A stretch of DNA of 64,000 nucleotides. It comes from Clostridium sp. (lineage in GTDB: Bacteria > Bacillota > Clostridia > Clostridiales > Clostridiaceae). The notes beneath the pieces are model-generated. The model was not told the DNA's origin. It worked only from the letters and a program-made list of their open reading frames with translations, and did no database searches. The stretch's first letter is position 1. Each line of letters starts with the position of its first letter. The stretch spans positions 4,201 through 68,200 of the forward strand of contig NZ_DATCQT010000090.1 of the NCBI RefSeq assembly GCF_036569345.1, given 5' to 3'. The position numbers were made by a program, and so were the translations under genes. Positions 10,673 to 19,713 of the stretch are shown here, piece by piece.

Positions 10673-11680
10673 TTAAGTTTCTGTTTTAAAATCTACCAAA
10701 AACGATACAATCATACCACCAAGAAGTCCACCCACATGGGCGAAATTATCAATATTTGGTAGAGTGGCTCCTATAAATATATTTACAAATATAACTGATA
10801 AAATACTTTTTATAAAACCACTTCCAGTTTTCCCTTTAGACTTAATTGCAAAAATAAGTACAGCACCAAGTAATCCAAAAATCGCTCCAGATGCCCCAAT
10901 AGATACACTTGTTGAAAATATATAACTAAATACAGATGCACATATTCCAGACACAAAATAAATAGCAATATATTTGGCCTTTCCGTAAACTCTCTCAACC
11001 ATTGGACCTATAGCATAAAGTGAATACATATTGACACCTATATGCACAATTCCACCATGCAAAAACATACATGTGAAAAGTCTATAATACTGTCCTTGTG
11101 AAATAAGATTATTAACCTTAGCTCCAAGAAAAATTAAAACATTAGTATCACTATTAAAAATGCTACCTTGCGCAGCTAAACTCAAATAAGCTGTAATTAT
11201 ATACATTACAATGTTTATAATTATAATTCCAATAGTAATAACTGGTTTATCACTGATATTTATCTTTTGATTTTTAACATATAAATTGTTATTGCTCATC
11301 ACTGCTGCTATCTCGTTAACTACCTGTATATTTACATTTTCAGAATAGTTTACTTTTTTTTCTGATATATTCACTCTAATTATTGGTTTTTCTAATATAT
11401 TGCTTAAAGAAAGAGCTTTTGCCATTTCATCCTTGTCGGTTTCACCTTGAGACAATAATACATATATATTGTTTTTATCATTTGGAATGTCATACATCAT
11501 TAATTGATGTAGCTTCATCTCAGATTCAGTCATAAATATTACCCGATATAACACTCCACTTATGTCTTTACTAACTGTCCACATATCAGAATTGTTATTC
11601 TTACTTTTTATATCCTCTAATAAATATCCATGTTGCCTCGTCATACCATTTATAATGATATTTATATTTTTATCTTTCAT
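10673..11680 (-). CDS. Rhomboid family intramembrane serine protease
   Basis: GQYYRLFTCMFLHGGIVHI, SIGASGAIFG, NFAHVGGLLGG. Confidence 0.92.
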   Translation of the reverse strand: MKDKNINIIINGMTRQHGYLLEDIKSKNNNSDMWTVSKDISGVLYRVIFMTESEMKLHQLMMYDIPNDKNNIYVLLSQGETDKDEMAKALSLSNILEKPIIRVNISEKKVNYSENVNIQVVNEIAAVMSNNNLYVKNQKINISDKPVITIGIIIINIVMYIITAYLSLAAQGSIFNSDTNVLIFLGAKVNNLISQGQYYRLFTCMFLHGGIVHIGVNMYSLYAIGPMVERVYGKAKYIAIYFVSGICASVFSYIFSTSVSIGASGAIFGLLGAVLIFAIKSKGKTGSGFIKSILSVIFVNIFIGATLPNIDNFAHVGGLLGGMIVSFLVDFKTET

Positions 11681-11691
11681 ATTCCAGCCCT

Positions 11692-11751
11692 AAAGTGCCA
11701 CCCACGCTACAAGTGGCATGTGAAAGTGCCACTTGCCACATGTGTGGCACT
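11692..11751. repeat. Cluster of GTGCCAC/GTGGCAC palindromes (REP-like)
   Basis: aaagtgccac...gtggca and aaagtgccac...gtggcact form two adjacent GC-rich hairpins in a short intergenic gap. Confidence 0.55.
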
Positions 11752-11760
11752 ATCCTTTTC

Positions 11761-12819
11761 TTAGATTACTGACTTAACTACAACATTATGGGACTTTAGC
11801 AAATCTATTTCATAAAATTTTATTGGTTTCCTACTTTCATTATCATAAAGAACTCTTATTACAGGTCTATCAGGAAAATTTTTATTTTGCTTAATTACAT
11901 ATCCCTCAACACCGTTTGATAATTTTAAACAAACGCCTAATGGGAATACTGAAAATGTTTTTTTGAAACTTTTAACTACTTCTTCATCAAAATAATTTCC
12001 AGAGCCTGATAAAATTAACTCATAGGCATCGCTAGGATTAAATTTTTCTCTATAACATCTATCATTACTTACTGAATCATAAACGTCACAAACAGCAATT
12101 ATTTTTGCAAACTTAGAAATTTGATTTTTAATAAGCCCATAAGGATACCCACTACCATCAACTCTTTCATGGTGATGTTCCACTGATTCTAAAACTTCCA
12201 GTGGAATTGAAAAATTTTTTTCTAACAATTGCCTTCCATATATAGGATGTTTTTTAATTTCTTCAAATTCTAAACTAGTTAATCCACTTGGTTTGCTTAT
12301 GATACCTTTATCAATTTTAGTTTTACCTATATCATGAAGGATAGCACCAACGCTTAGTTGCTTCAATTCTTTTTCTGAAAAATCCATTGAAATTCCTAAA
12401 AAAATCGCCATAATTCCAGTATCTATAGAGTGAAGGTACGTATAGTTATCATGGGTTTGAATATCGTATAAACTTTTATTTACATCACCGAGTTCTATAA
12501 CATAATTAACTAGGTCTGTAACAACTGATAAGGAATTTTGGGTCTCTTTTTTATTTCCTCCAGTTACATTTTTCATAATTTTAGACATATTCTGAATGGT
12601 TATCGCTTTTAAATCACATAATTTTTCGTCTTCTATTGATATATCATCCAGCCTAGAATCCTCTACATATACATAAAAAACCCCTAACTTTTTAAGCCTT
12701 TTGATATATACTTCACTTAACTTAACCCCTGTTCTTAGCAATATGCTTCCATCATTTGAAAATATATTTTTTCCTATAATTTCATCAACCTTTACTCTAT
12801 CAATAAATTCAAGTCTCAT
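11761..12819 (-). CDS. HD-GYP domain c-di-GMP phosphodiesterase-like protein
   Basis: YTYLHS, ILHDIGK, HHERVDGSGYP, AVCDVYD; start placed at MRLEF (12819). Confidence 0.9.
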   Translation of the reverse strand: MRLEFIDRVKVDEIIGKNIFSNDGSILLRTGVKLSEVYIKRLKKLGVFYVYVEDSRLDDISIEDEKLCDLKAITIQNMSKIMKNVTGGNKKETQNSLSVVTDLVNYVIELGDVNKSLYDIQTHDNYTYLHSIDTGIMAIFLGISMDFSEKELKQLSVGAILHDIGKTKIDKGIISKPSGLTSLEFEEIKKHPIYGRQLLEKNFSIPLEVLESVEHHHERVDGSGYPYGLIKNQISKFAKIIAVCDVYDSVSNDRCYREKFNPSDAYELILSGSGNYFDEEVVKSFKKTFSVFPLGVCLKLSNGVEGYVIKQNKNFPDRPVIRVLYDNESRKPIKFYEIDLLKSHNVVVKSVI

Positions 12820-12884
12820 ACGATACGCACCTCTAATCTTTTTCATTAGTTAATTATTTTTTATATATTTAAAATTTTGAATAT

Positions 12885-13283
12885 CTATTTATATTCTTCT
12901 TCTTTTTCCTTAATCTTTATAAAAACTTCTTTGAGTTCTTGTTTTATTAATTCACATATTTCAATTATAGCTTCGCGAACAACTGTGTGTTCTTCAGAAT
13001 AGTTGAACTTAACCAGCCATGTTGGATTATATTCATCATCTACGGCTTCAATAATATAACCCTTAGACCTAAAAGGTTCTTCATTAAAATAATCATAAAT
13101 TGCTGTATATTGCCACTCCAAAACATCCACTTGAGTATCAAAAGTCAAGTTGATTAATTCTCCGAAGTAATTTAATTTTGTAACAAATTCTGCACCTTGG
13201 GAGGCTTCATAACTTCCAAGTTCGCGAACAAATTGCTTAGTATCTTTATCTATTTCCATTAGTACCAATGAAGAAAATTGCAT
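12885..13283 (-). CDS. Conserved clostridial hypothetical protein (DUF6762-like)
   Basis: MQFSSLVLMEIDKDTKQFVRELGSYE start; family assignment from memory; operonic with Fur gene. Confidence 0.65.
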   Translation of the reverse strand: MQFSSLVLMEIDKDTKQFVRELGSYEASQGAEFVTKLNYFGELINLTFDTQVDVLEWQYTAIYDYFNEEPFRSKGYIIEAVDDEYNPTWLVKFNYSEEHTVVREAIIEICELIKQELKEVFIKIKEKEEEYK

Positions 13284-13297
13284 AAAACCATCCTTTC

Positions 13298-13741
13298 TTA
13301 TTCTTTAAATTCTTTAAAGATTTTAACCTCTTTAAAGTCTTTACATTCCCTGCAAACGCCTTTTAAAATAACATGACTTTCAGTAAGCGTTATTCCGGTC
13401 TTTGCTTTTATTTGTTCTTCTATTTGTGGTATTGGGCAGTCAATAACCATTCTCTTATGACATAAATCACACTCAATTATATGTTTGTGAGCATTATTAT
13501 TTATAGTATAGTTATACATATTATTACCCAAATCAAATTTATTTAAAATGTTTTTATTCTCTAGCAAATCTAGGGTTCTGTATACCGTTGACAAATCTAT
13601 TTTTATGTCATCTTTTTCAAGTAATTCATATATGAGATTTGCGTTTATAGCTTCACTACTACGAAGTATAATCTCTAGAATGCTTTTTCTTGCTTTAGTA
13701 ATCCTAATATTATTCTCTTTTAAATATGAAATTACATTCAT
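13298..13741 (-). CDS. Fur family transcriptional regulator
   Basis: RITKARKSIL, DLSTVYRTLDLL, HKHIIECDLC, LKGVCREC. Confidence 0.92.
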   Translation of the reverse strand: MNVISYLKENNIRITKARKSILEIILRSSEAINANLIYELLEKDDIKIDLSTVYRTLDLLENKNILNKFDLGNNMYNYTINNNAHKHIIECDLCHKRMVIDCPIPQIEEQIKAKTGITLTESHVILKGVCRECKDFKEVKIFKEFKE

Positions 13742-13759
13742 CTACATCACCCTATTACA

Positions 13760-15229
13760 TTATTTTATTTCCTTTAAAATTGCTATTAAGTAATCCCACA
13801 TTCTATCTGTTGATGAAATACTTAGGTGTTCACCTGGTGTATGCACATCATAAATATTAGGTCCAAAAGATATTTGATCTAGATTACCTCCAAATTTTTC
13901 ACTAAATAATCCACACTCAAGACCTGCATGTATAGCTGCTATTTCAGGTTTCTTACCGTATAAATTATTATATACTTTTTCAAGTACAGTTCTTATCTTA
14001 GAATCCGGATTGTATTGCCACTCTGGGTATTCAGATTCAAATTCAATAGTTGCTCCTACCATTTCTGCAAGTACTATAGTTTCATCAGCTATTGCTTTCT
14101 TTAAAGTTTTTACACTACTTCTTATAGCAGAGTCAAATTCTAAAAATTCATCACTAGTAATAAGAACTCCAATGTTAGTTGAACTTTGCACTAATCCACT
14201 AATAGCAGTGCTCATGCTTTTAACTCCATTTGGAATAAGGAAAAGTATTTGAAGAGCTTTTGTAGCTGTGTCCTGTGAAAAGATTTTATCTACCTTATTT
14301 TTCATTATTTCCATTGTTAAATCCACATTTGGATCAATTGTATTTAGCTCATTTTTAAGTGTAGCATTCCACTGTTTCACTTTTTCTATAACTATAGCTT
14401 TATCGTTTTCTCTAAACAATATAACAGCATCAGCATCACGAGGAATCGCATTGTTTTTAGCTCCACCGTTTATAGAATTTATTTTGAAATCTATAACTGA
14501 TTTTAAATCCATTAAAAAGCGTCCCATAATCTTGTTAGCGTTTCCTCTCTCTTTGTTAATTTCCATTCCAGAGTGACCGCCTTTTAAACCTCTTAGTTTT
14601 ACTTCACAGCATAAAAAGCTTTTATCTGTTTCTTCCCAAATTATTGGAAGCTTTATCTTCTCGCGTACGCCACCCGCGCAACTTACTAAAAGTTTTCCTT
14701 CTTCTTCTGAATCTATATTTATTAATATTCTTCCATCTAAATTCTTAGGATCTAATGCCTGAGCTCCACCCATACCCGTTTCTTCCTCGGTAGTTACTAA
14801 TAACTCCATTGGGGGATGAGGAATGTCAGTAGATGCCAAAATAGCAAGACCAAAGGCAACTGCAATACCATCATCGCCGCCGAGTGTTGTTCCATTAGCT
14901 CTTAAAAAATCACCTTCTACAATAAATTCAATTGGGTCCTTTAAAAAATCATGTTTAGAATCTATGTTTTTTTCACAAACCATATCCATGTGACCTTGAA
15001 TTATTATATTTGGAGCATTCTCGTATCCAATAGTTCCTGGCTTTTTAATTATAATATTTAAAGATGGGTCTTGGATAACTTTTAAATTATGTTCTTTTGC
15101 AAAGTTTACAAGAAAGTCGCTAACACCTTTCTCATTTCCAGAACCTCTTGGAACCTTGTTCATCTCTTTAAAATATTCAAATGCCTTAAATGAATTTAAA
15201 CCTTTTAATTTTTCTAACATATTTATCAT
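13760..15229 (-). CDS. pepD: Aminoacyl-histidine dipeptidase (peptidase M20C)
   Basis: VPRGSGNE, QGHMDMVCEK, TTLGGDDGI, TTEEETGM, HAGLECG, DVHTPGE. Confidence 0.93.
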   Translation of the reverse strand: MINMLEKLKGLNSFKAFEYFKEMNKVPRGSGNEKGVSDFLVNFAKEHNLKVIQDPSLNIIIKKPGTIGYENAPNIIIQGHMDMVCEKNIDSKHDFLKDPIEFIVEGDFLRANGTTLGGDDGIAVAFGLAILASTDIPHPPMELLVTTEEETGMGGAQALDPKNLDGRILINIDSEEEGKLLVSCAGGVREKIKLPIIWEETDKSFLCCEVKLRGLKGGHSGMEINKERGNANKIMGRFLMDLKSVIDFKINSINGGAKNNAIPRDADAVILFRENDKAIVIEKVKQWNATLKNELNTIDPNVDLTMEIMKNKVDKIFSQDTATKALQILFLIPNGVKSMSTAISGLVQSSTNIGVLITSDEFLEFDSAIRSSVKTLKKAIADETIVLAEMVGATIEFESEYPEWQYNPDSKIRTVLEKVYNNLYGKKPEIAAIHAGLECGLFSEKFGGNLDQISFGPNIYDVHTPGEHLSISSTDRMWDYLIAILKEIK

Positions 15230-15237
15230 CCTTTCTT

Positions 15238-15798
15238 TTAAAAAAACATCATCTTCAGTCCAAAAAATATTAAGATTATTCCTCCAATGTAGTCTGCATA
15301 TTTACTTATAACCTCTATTTTTTTCAAATACTTAGAAATTATAAATGCCATTGTCACCATCACTAGAGTTACTACCCCAATAAATAATGTATCTTTTAAT
15401 AATATAACCTTTGTTATACTATTTAATACCGTAAATCCTACAACCATAGCATCTATACTTACTGATATTCCTAAAATAAAATACATTTTAGGTTTAAGTA
15501 ATGGACACTTTCCCTTGTTTTCAAAACCTTCTTTAATCATAACCACTCCAACTATGGATATAATCACGCCACCAATTATGGTTGGCATTGAAGCTACATA
15601 TGTATTAAAAAGAAACCCGACATAAGCCCCTATATACGATAACAAAAATTGAAAAAATGCAAAAGAAATAATAAAACAAACCTTATTTTTAAATCTAGTT
15701 TTACTATTTAAACCTATACACAAAGCTACTCCAAAAGCATCTAAAGATAGCGCTAATGCTATTATAAATAATGGGTATATTTCCATAAATGCACACAT
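15238..15798 (-). CDS. mntP: Manganese efflux pump MntP family
   Basis: [11 protein letters not shown] and [12 protein letters not shown] repeats; multi-TM. Confidence 0.85.
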   Translation of the reverse strand: MCAFMEIYPLFIIALALSLDAFGVALCIGLNSKTRFKNKVCFIISFAFFQFLLSYIGAYVGFLFNTYVASMPTIIGGVIISIVGVVMIKEGFENKGKCPLLKPKMYFILGISVSIDAMVVGFTVLNSITKVILLKDTLFIGVVTLVMVTMAFIISKYLKKIEVISKYADYIGGIILIFFGLKMMFF

Positions 15799-16031
15799 CC
15801 CCCTCCATAATATGCTGAAATATTTTAATCTATTTCATTTATTACTATTCATATTATTAGAATTTATGTGTATAACTTTCCAACTACCATTATCAATTAT
15901 TCAGCCTTTCTTGTCAACTATGCTTTACCACTTTGCTAGCTTTTTCTAAAATTTATTTAATTAATTATTTCTTGTATATGTCTGCTTTTATAGACTATAA
16001 TATAAATGAAATTATACAAGGAGGTGTTGTG

Positions 16032-16976
16032 ATGCTTTCAATATATAGCAGTACTGAAACCAATCAGTTATCACGACTGGAAAATATAGAACCAGGTTGT
16101 TGGATTAACCTGATAGATCCATCAGATGAAGAATTAATATTTGTATCCAAAAATACTAATGCACCTATGGATTTTTTAAGAGCTGCTTTGGATGAAGAAG
16201 AAACCTCTCGTATTGATATAGAAGATTGTACATTAATTATTCTAGATATTCCCTTTACAGATATGGATGATAATTCTTTAACCTACGACACTTACCCTAT
16301 AGCTATGATCTACACTGAAACAGTAATAATCACAGTTTGTTTGAAGAACTGCAAAATGTTATTAGATTTTGCTGAAGGAAAAATCGGCTCCTTTTATACC
16401 TATAAGCGTTCAAGGTTCATGCTCCAAATTTTATATAGAATAGCAAAGTATTATCTAATATACCTAAGACAAATTGATAAAAAAAGTTCCATAGTTGAGA
16501 AACAACTACATAAAACCTTGAGAAATAAAGAGCTTCTTCAATTATTAGCATTGGAAAAATCTCTTGTATATTTTTCTACCTCTTTAAAAGGAAATGAAAT
16601 TACTCTAGAGAAAATGCTTAAACTTGAAATTCTTGATAAATATGATGATGATCAAGATGTACTCGAGGATGTTATTGTTGAAAACAGACAAGCTATAGAA
16701 ATGTGTACTATTTATAGTAACGTTTTAAAAGGAACCATGGCTGCCTATGCTTCAGTTATATCAAATAAACTAAATGTAGTAATGAAGTTTTTGGCTGCTA
16801 TTACTATAGTTATGGCTATACCTAATATGATTTCTGGACTATTTGGTATGAATGTAACTGGAATACCCTTCGGTGTTACTGATGTAGGCTTAGGTTTTTG
16901 GTATGTTGTTGCATTCATTGGACTACTAGTTATAATTGTAATTTATTTCTTAAATAAGAAAGATATGTTTAAATAA
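16032..16976 (+). CDS. corA: CorA family Mg2+/Co2+ transporter
   Basis: CWINLIDP, ALDEEETSRI, GLFGMNV signature; ATG 16032 after ggaggtg RBS. Confidence 0.9.
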   Translation: MLSIYSSTETNQLSRLENIEPGCWINLIDPSDEELIFVSKNTNAPMDFLRAALDEEETSRIDIEDCTLIILDIPFTDMDDNSLTYDTYPIAMIYTETVIITVCLKNCKMLLDFAEGKIGSFYTYKRSRFMLQILYRIAKYYLIYLRQIDKKSSIVEKQLHKTLRNKELLQLLALEKSLVYFSTSLKGNEITLEKMLKLEILDKYDDDQDVLEDVIVENRQAIEMCTIYSNVLKGTMAAYASVISNKLNVVMKFLAAITIVMAIPNMISGLFGMNVTGIPFGVTDVGLGFWYVVAFIGLLVIIVIYFLNKKDMFK

Positions 16977-16977
16977 T

Positions 16978-17004
16978 TGAAACTAAATCACTAACCTAAT
17001 CGTA
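16978..17004 (+). promoter_or_regulatory. ECF-sigma-type promoter TGAAAC-N17-CGTA
   Basis: tgaaac taaatcactaacctaat cgta, ~85 bp upstream of the 17088 gene; same motif class recurs in this locus. Confidence 0.6.
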
Positions 17005-17087
17005 ATACATATAAGCGATAAAATTATATTATTTAGAACCACTATATATATGGAGTTAAACTTTTAAATAAAAGGGGGAATAAACTT

Positions 17088-17468
17088 ATGAAAAGAAGAA
17101 AGATTTTTTATGTTACATTATTTATAGCAGCTTTTTCTACTATATCTGGAGTGATAACTTATGCAGCTGGAGTGGCTATGCCCGGCGGTACTGTAGTTAT
17201 TGGTACTAAAGCCTATGATATTACCTATGCTAATGATTCTAAAAATGAATCTGAAATTACCGCAGCGCTGCTTGCTGGTGGTGAAATTTATGTTAAAGAT
17301 TTTGGATCAAGCTGGGTTGACAATAGTACCTCGGCAATTATAAATGCTAACATACTTCCTAGTGTAACTTATAAAAGTGCAACTGGTATTATAAGCACAT
17401 ATTCAGCTGGAGATGCAGGTAATAGTACACCCGTAACTGATGAATTTAAAATACTTAGCATAGAGTAA
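17088..17468 (+). CDS. Exported protein consisting almost only of the shared surface N-terminal module
   Basis: Signal peptide then GTVVIGTKAYDITYAND..AGGEIYVKDF..WVDN..LPSVTYK. Confidence 0.8.
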   Translation: MKRRKIFYVTLFIAAFSTISGVITYAAGVAMPGGTVVIGTKAYDITYANDSKNESEITAALLAGGEIYVKDFGSSWVDNSTSAIINANILPSVTYKSATGIISTYSAGDAGNSTPVTDEFKILSIE

Positions 17469-17510
17469 TTTATTATAAAATGATTAGCTTTTTATAAATT
17501 ATAAAGGTAA

Positions 17511-17553
17511 ATAGAAGGGGTGAGATAGTCTAAGCTATCTCACCCCTTCTATT
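17511..17553. terminator. Bidirectional terminator
   Basis: aatagaaggggtgagatag-tctaag-ctatctcaccccttctatt between convergent genes. Confidence 0.85.
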
Positions 17554-17563
17554 TTTAAAAGTC

Positions 17564-17959
17564 TTAATTTTTCTTAACTGCTTCTCCCTTTTGTAAACTC
17601 AAATCTACTGAATATGCCACTTTATCATCTGCTTTTAGAAGTTTAACCGCTACCTTATCCTTTTCTTTTCTAGCTGGATAAGCTGTAGTAGGTTTACCTA
17701 TTACTGTTTTTGGTGAAACAGCCTTTCCTTCATAAAATATCTGGTATTTTACAGCACCCTTATACTGTTTTTTTCCTTCTACTGAAAGAGTTACATTTAC
17801 TACAGAACTAAAAGCAGCTTTTCTTACTGTAGCAGTAATTGGTGCACTAGCCTGAGCTTTATTGGGTTTATTATTTATATAAAACACACTAGCAATTGCT
17901 ATGACAATTATTATAATAGCCAATATACCAATCACTTTTTTATTAATATTTTTTTTCAT
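17564..17959 (-). CDS. Membrane-anchored/exported hypothetical protein with ~80-aa beta-rich domain
   Basis: Basic N-terminus plus hydrophobic helix; YQIFYEG..TTAYP..VAVKLL domain. Confidence 0.75.
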   Translation of the reverse strand: MKKNINKKVIGILAIIIIVIAIASVFYINNKPNKAQASAPITATVRKAAFSSVVNVTLSVEGKKQYKGAVKYQIFYEGKAVSPKTVIGKPTTAYPARKEKDKVAVKLLKADDKVAYSVDLSLQKGEAVKKN

Positions 17960-17999
17960 ATGTTAATTCACTCCTATTATCGATTATTTATTTACTTTA

Positions 18000-18590
18000 C
18001 TATTTAGAGTTTAAAACTGTACTTAATTTTTTAATGACTTTCTTATTAACATCCATTAGATTTATTGTAACTCCTGTTCCAGCTTCTTGCGATGGAAAAA
18101 TATTTGTTTGGATTTTTGTAATGGCTTCCATCTTAGATATTGCTTTATTTCCCAGGAAAAACTGATAATATTTATAACTACTATCAAATTTACTATTATC
18201 AATAGAAATGTCTGCTATGGATCCAAAATTTGCAGCTTTAACAAATACCGTAATACCTACTTTAGCACTTTCGACTTTTGCTTGTTCTGCTGCCTTTACT
18301 TGCTCAGCAGTAACTTTATCACCAGTACTTGTTTTATCATTCACTGATCCAGTTGTCCCTGTTGTACCAGCCGTAGAAGTTGTACCTTTTGCGCCAGTTG
18401 CATCAGTTGTTGAATTTCCTTTTGCTGTTGTTCCACCGTTCTTATCTAATCCTTCGGTCTTAATAGCGTTTTTAGTTTTATTATTTGCGTTTATCTTATC
18501 ATTCTGATTTTTGTTAATAAGTAGAAATCCAGCTATTATTACCACAATTACTACTAATGAAATTGCTATTTTTTTATAGTTTTTTTTCAT
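18000..18590 (-). CDS. Membrane-anchored hypothetical protein with Thr/Gly linker and the same beta-rich domain
   Basis: TM helix, TAGTTGTTG linker, YYQFFLG..TNIFP..VTINLM. Confidence 0.75.
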   Translation of the reverse strand: MKKNYKKIAISLVVIVVIIAGFLLINKNQNDKINANNKTKNAIKTEGLDKNGGTTAKGNSTTDATGAKGTTSTAGTTGTTGSVNDKTSTGDKVTAEQVKAAEQAKVESAKVGITVFVKAANFGSIADISIDNSKFDSSYKYYQFFLGNKAISKMEAITKIQTNIFPSQEAGTGVTINLMDVNKKVIKKLSTVLNSK

Positions 18591-18604
18591 TTGTTTTCCT
18601 CCTT

Positions 18605-19453
18605 TTACTCTGATTTAAAATATACTTTGCAGTTGCTTATATCAAAATCTTTATTAACAATATAATCTTCTGTTATAGTAAAATCATAAATTTTAGCTTT
18701 ATGAGGATTTACATTTACATTTTCAATATTAAAGATGCCTTTAGCCACTACTTCCCCTGAATCATCCTTAACTATAATTGGTAATCTTTCTAATTTTACG
18801 ACTTTGTCACAACCATTACGGATTAGAAAAACTATAGAAATAGAATTATTTAAACACTTTAATACTTTAAATACCTCAATATTCACATCTCCAGCTTTTA
18901 TTAAAGGTAATTCATTTAAAAATTTTGTAAAAGTACCTTCTAATTCATGGTGAACATCACCAGGAAATCCCTCAAATTGAACCTGTACAGTATTTATAGC
19001 ACTAATAGATTTTTCAAATTTTATTTTCCAATCATCCTTTGAAATTGAATCAACAAATAAGCTAGTCTTATCAAAATAAACTTTATATGGTCTTGCAGAA
19101 AAAGGAGGTAATATACCAAAATCGTTCATGTCCATAACTTGTTTTGCAAGTATATCTCCATTATTGTTTACAATTACTAGTGGCACTTTGTCAAAATTAA
19201 TCTGTTTTGACAATCCATTTCTTAAATAAACACTAACCTCAATTTTATTTTCTATTTCAAAGGTGTATATACCATTGATAGATACTTGTCCTTCTTCCAT
19301 AGGTGGTAGTGTATCTAATTCTTCTCTTAAAAATTCCTTTTGATAATCTGACATAACCCCTTTATCATAATCATTAAGATACAGCTTTATATTTAGCGCC
19401 TTTTTTTCTTTTGTCGTTACATTATTGCTTGCTATTAAATTATTACTTGTCAT
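18605..19453 (-). CDS. SLAP-domain (duplicated) S-layer assembly-associated protein
   Basis: Two repeats VYLRNG..VPLVIVNNNGDILAK and FLIRNG..LPIIVKDDSGEVVAKG typical of SLAP domains. Confidence 0.75.
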   Translation of the reverse strand: MTSNNLIASNNVTTKEKKALNIKLYLNDYDKGVMSDYQKEFLREELDTLPPMEEGQVSINGIYTFEIENKIEVSVYLRNGLSKQINFDKVPLVIVNNNGDILAKQVMDMNDFGILPPFSARPYKVYFDKTSLFVDSISKDDWKIKFEKSISAINTVQVQFEGFPGDVHHELEGTFTKFLNELPLIKAGDVNIEVFKVLKCLNNSISIVFLIRNGCDKVVKLERLPIIVKDDSGEVVAKGIFNIENVNVNPHKAKIYDFTITEDYIVNKDFDISNCKVYFKSE

Positions 19454-19568
19454 ATTTAATTCCCCCTAATAGGTCCATATATCTCATTATTTATTATAAT
19501 TACTACTAATTATACCATATAATTCTTAAACAAATAATTAACTTTAATTTTATTCGTCCACAGTAAAT

Positions 19569-19594
19569 TACGCTAAACCTAACAAATAGTTGCA
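19569..19594 (-). promoter_or_regulatory. ECF-type promoter TGCAAC-N16-CGTA
   Basis: Minus strand tgcaac tatttgttaggtttag cgta upstream of the SLAP gene. Confidence 0.6.
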
Positions 19595-19663
19595 CTTCAT
19601 TTTTGAGATAATAAAATAATTTATTATATTTTTATTTGGTAATCATTTCTCATTCAAAAAATT

Positions 19664-19704
19664 AAGTAGCCTGAAACAGTTCTTTACTCCGTTTCAGGCT
19701 GCTT
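19664..19704 (-). terminator. Terminator hairpin downstream of the S-layer-like gene
   Basis: aagtagcctgaaacag...ccgtttcaggctgctt; near-identical to 22321-22352. Confidence 0.7.
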
Positions 19705-19713
19705 GGCCTTATT

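Noticed and set aside
15800-15932. Mn riboswitch or Fur-family box upstream of mntP
   Set aside because: No yybP-ykoY consensus seen; only a half-site-like TGATAAT.
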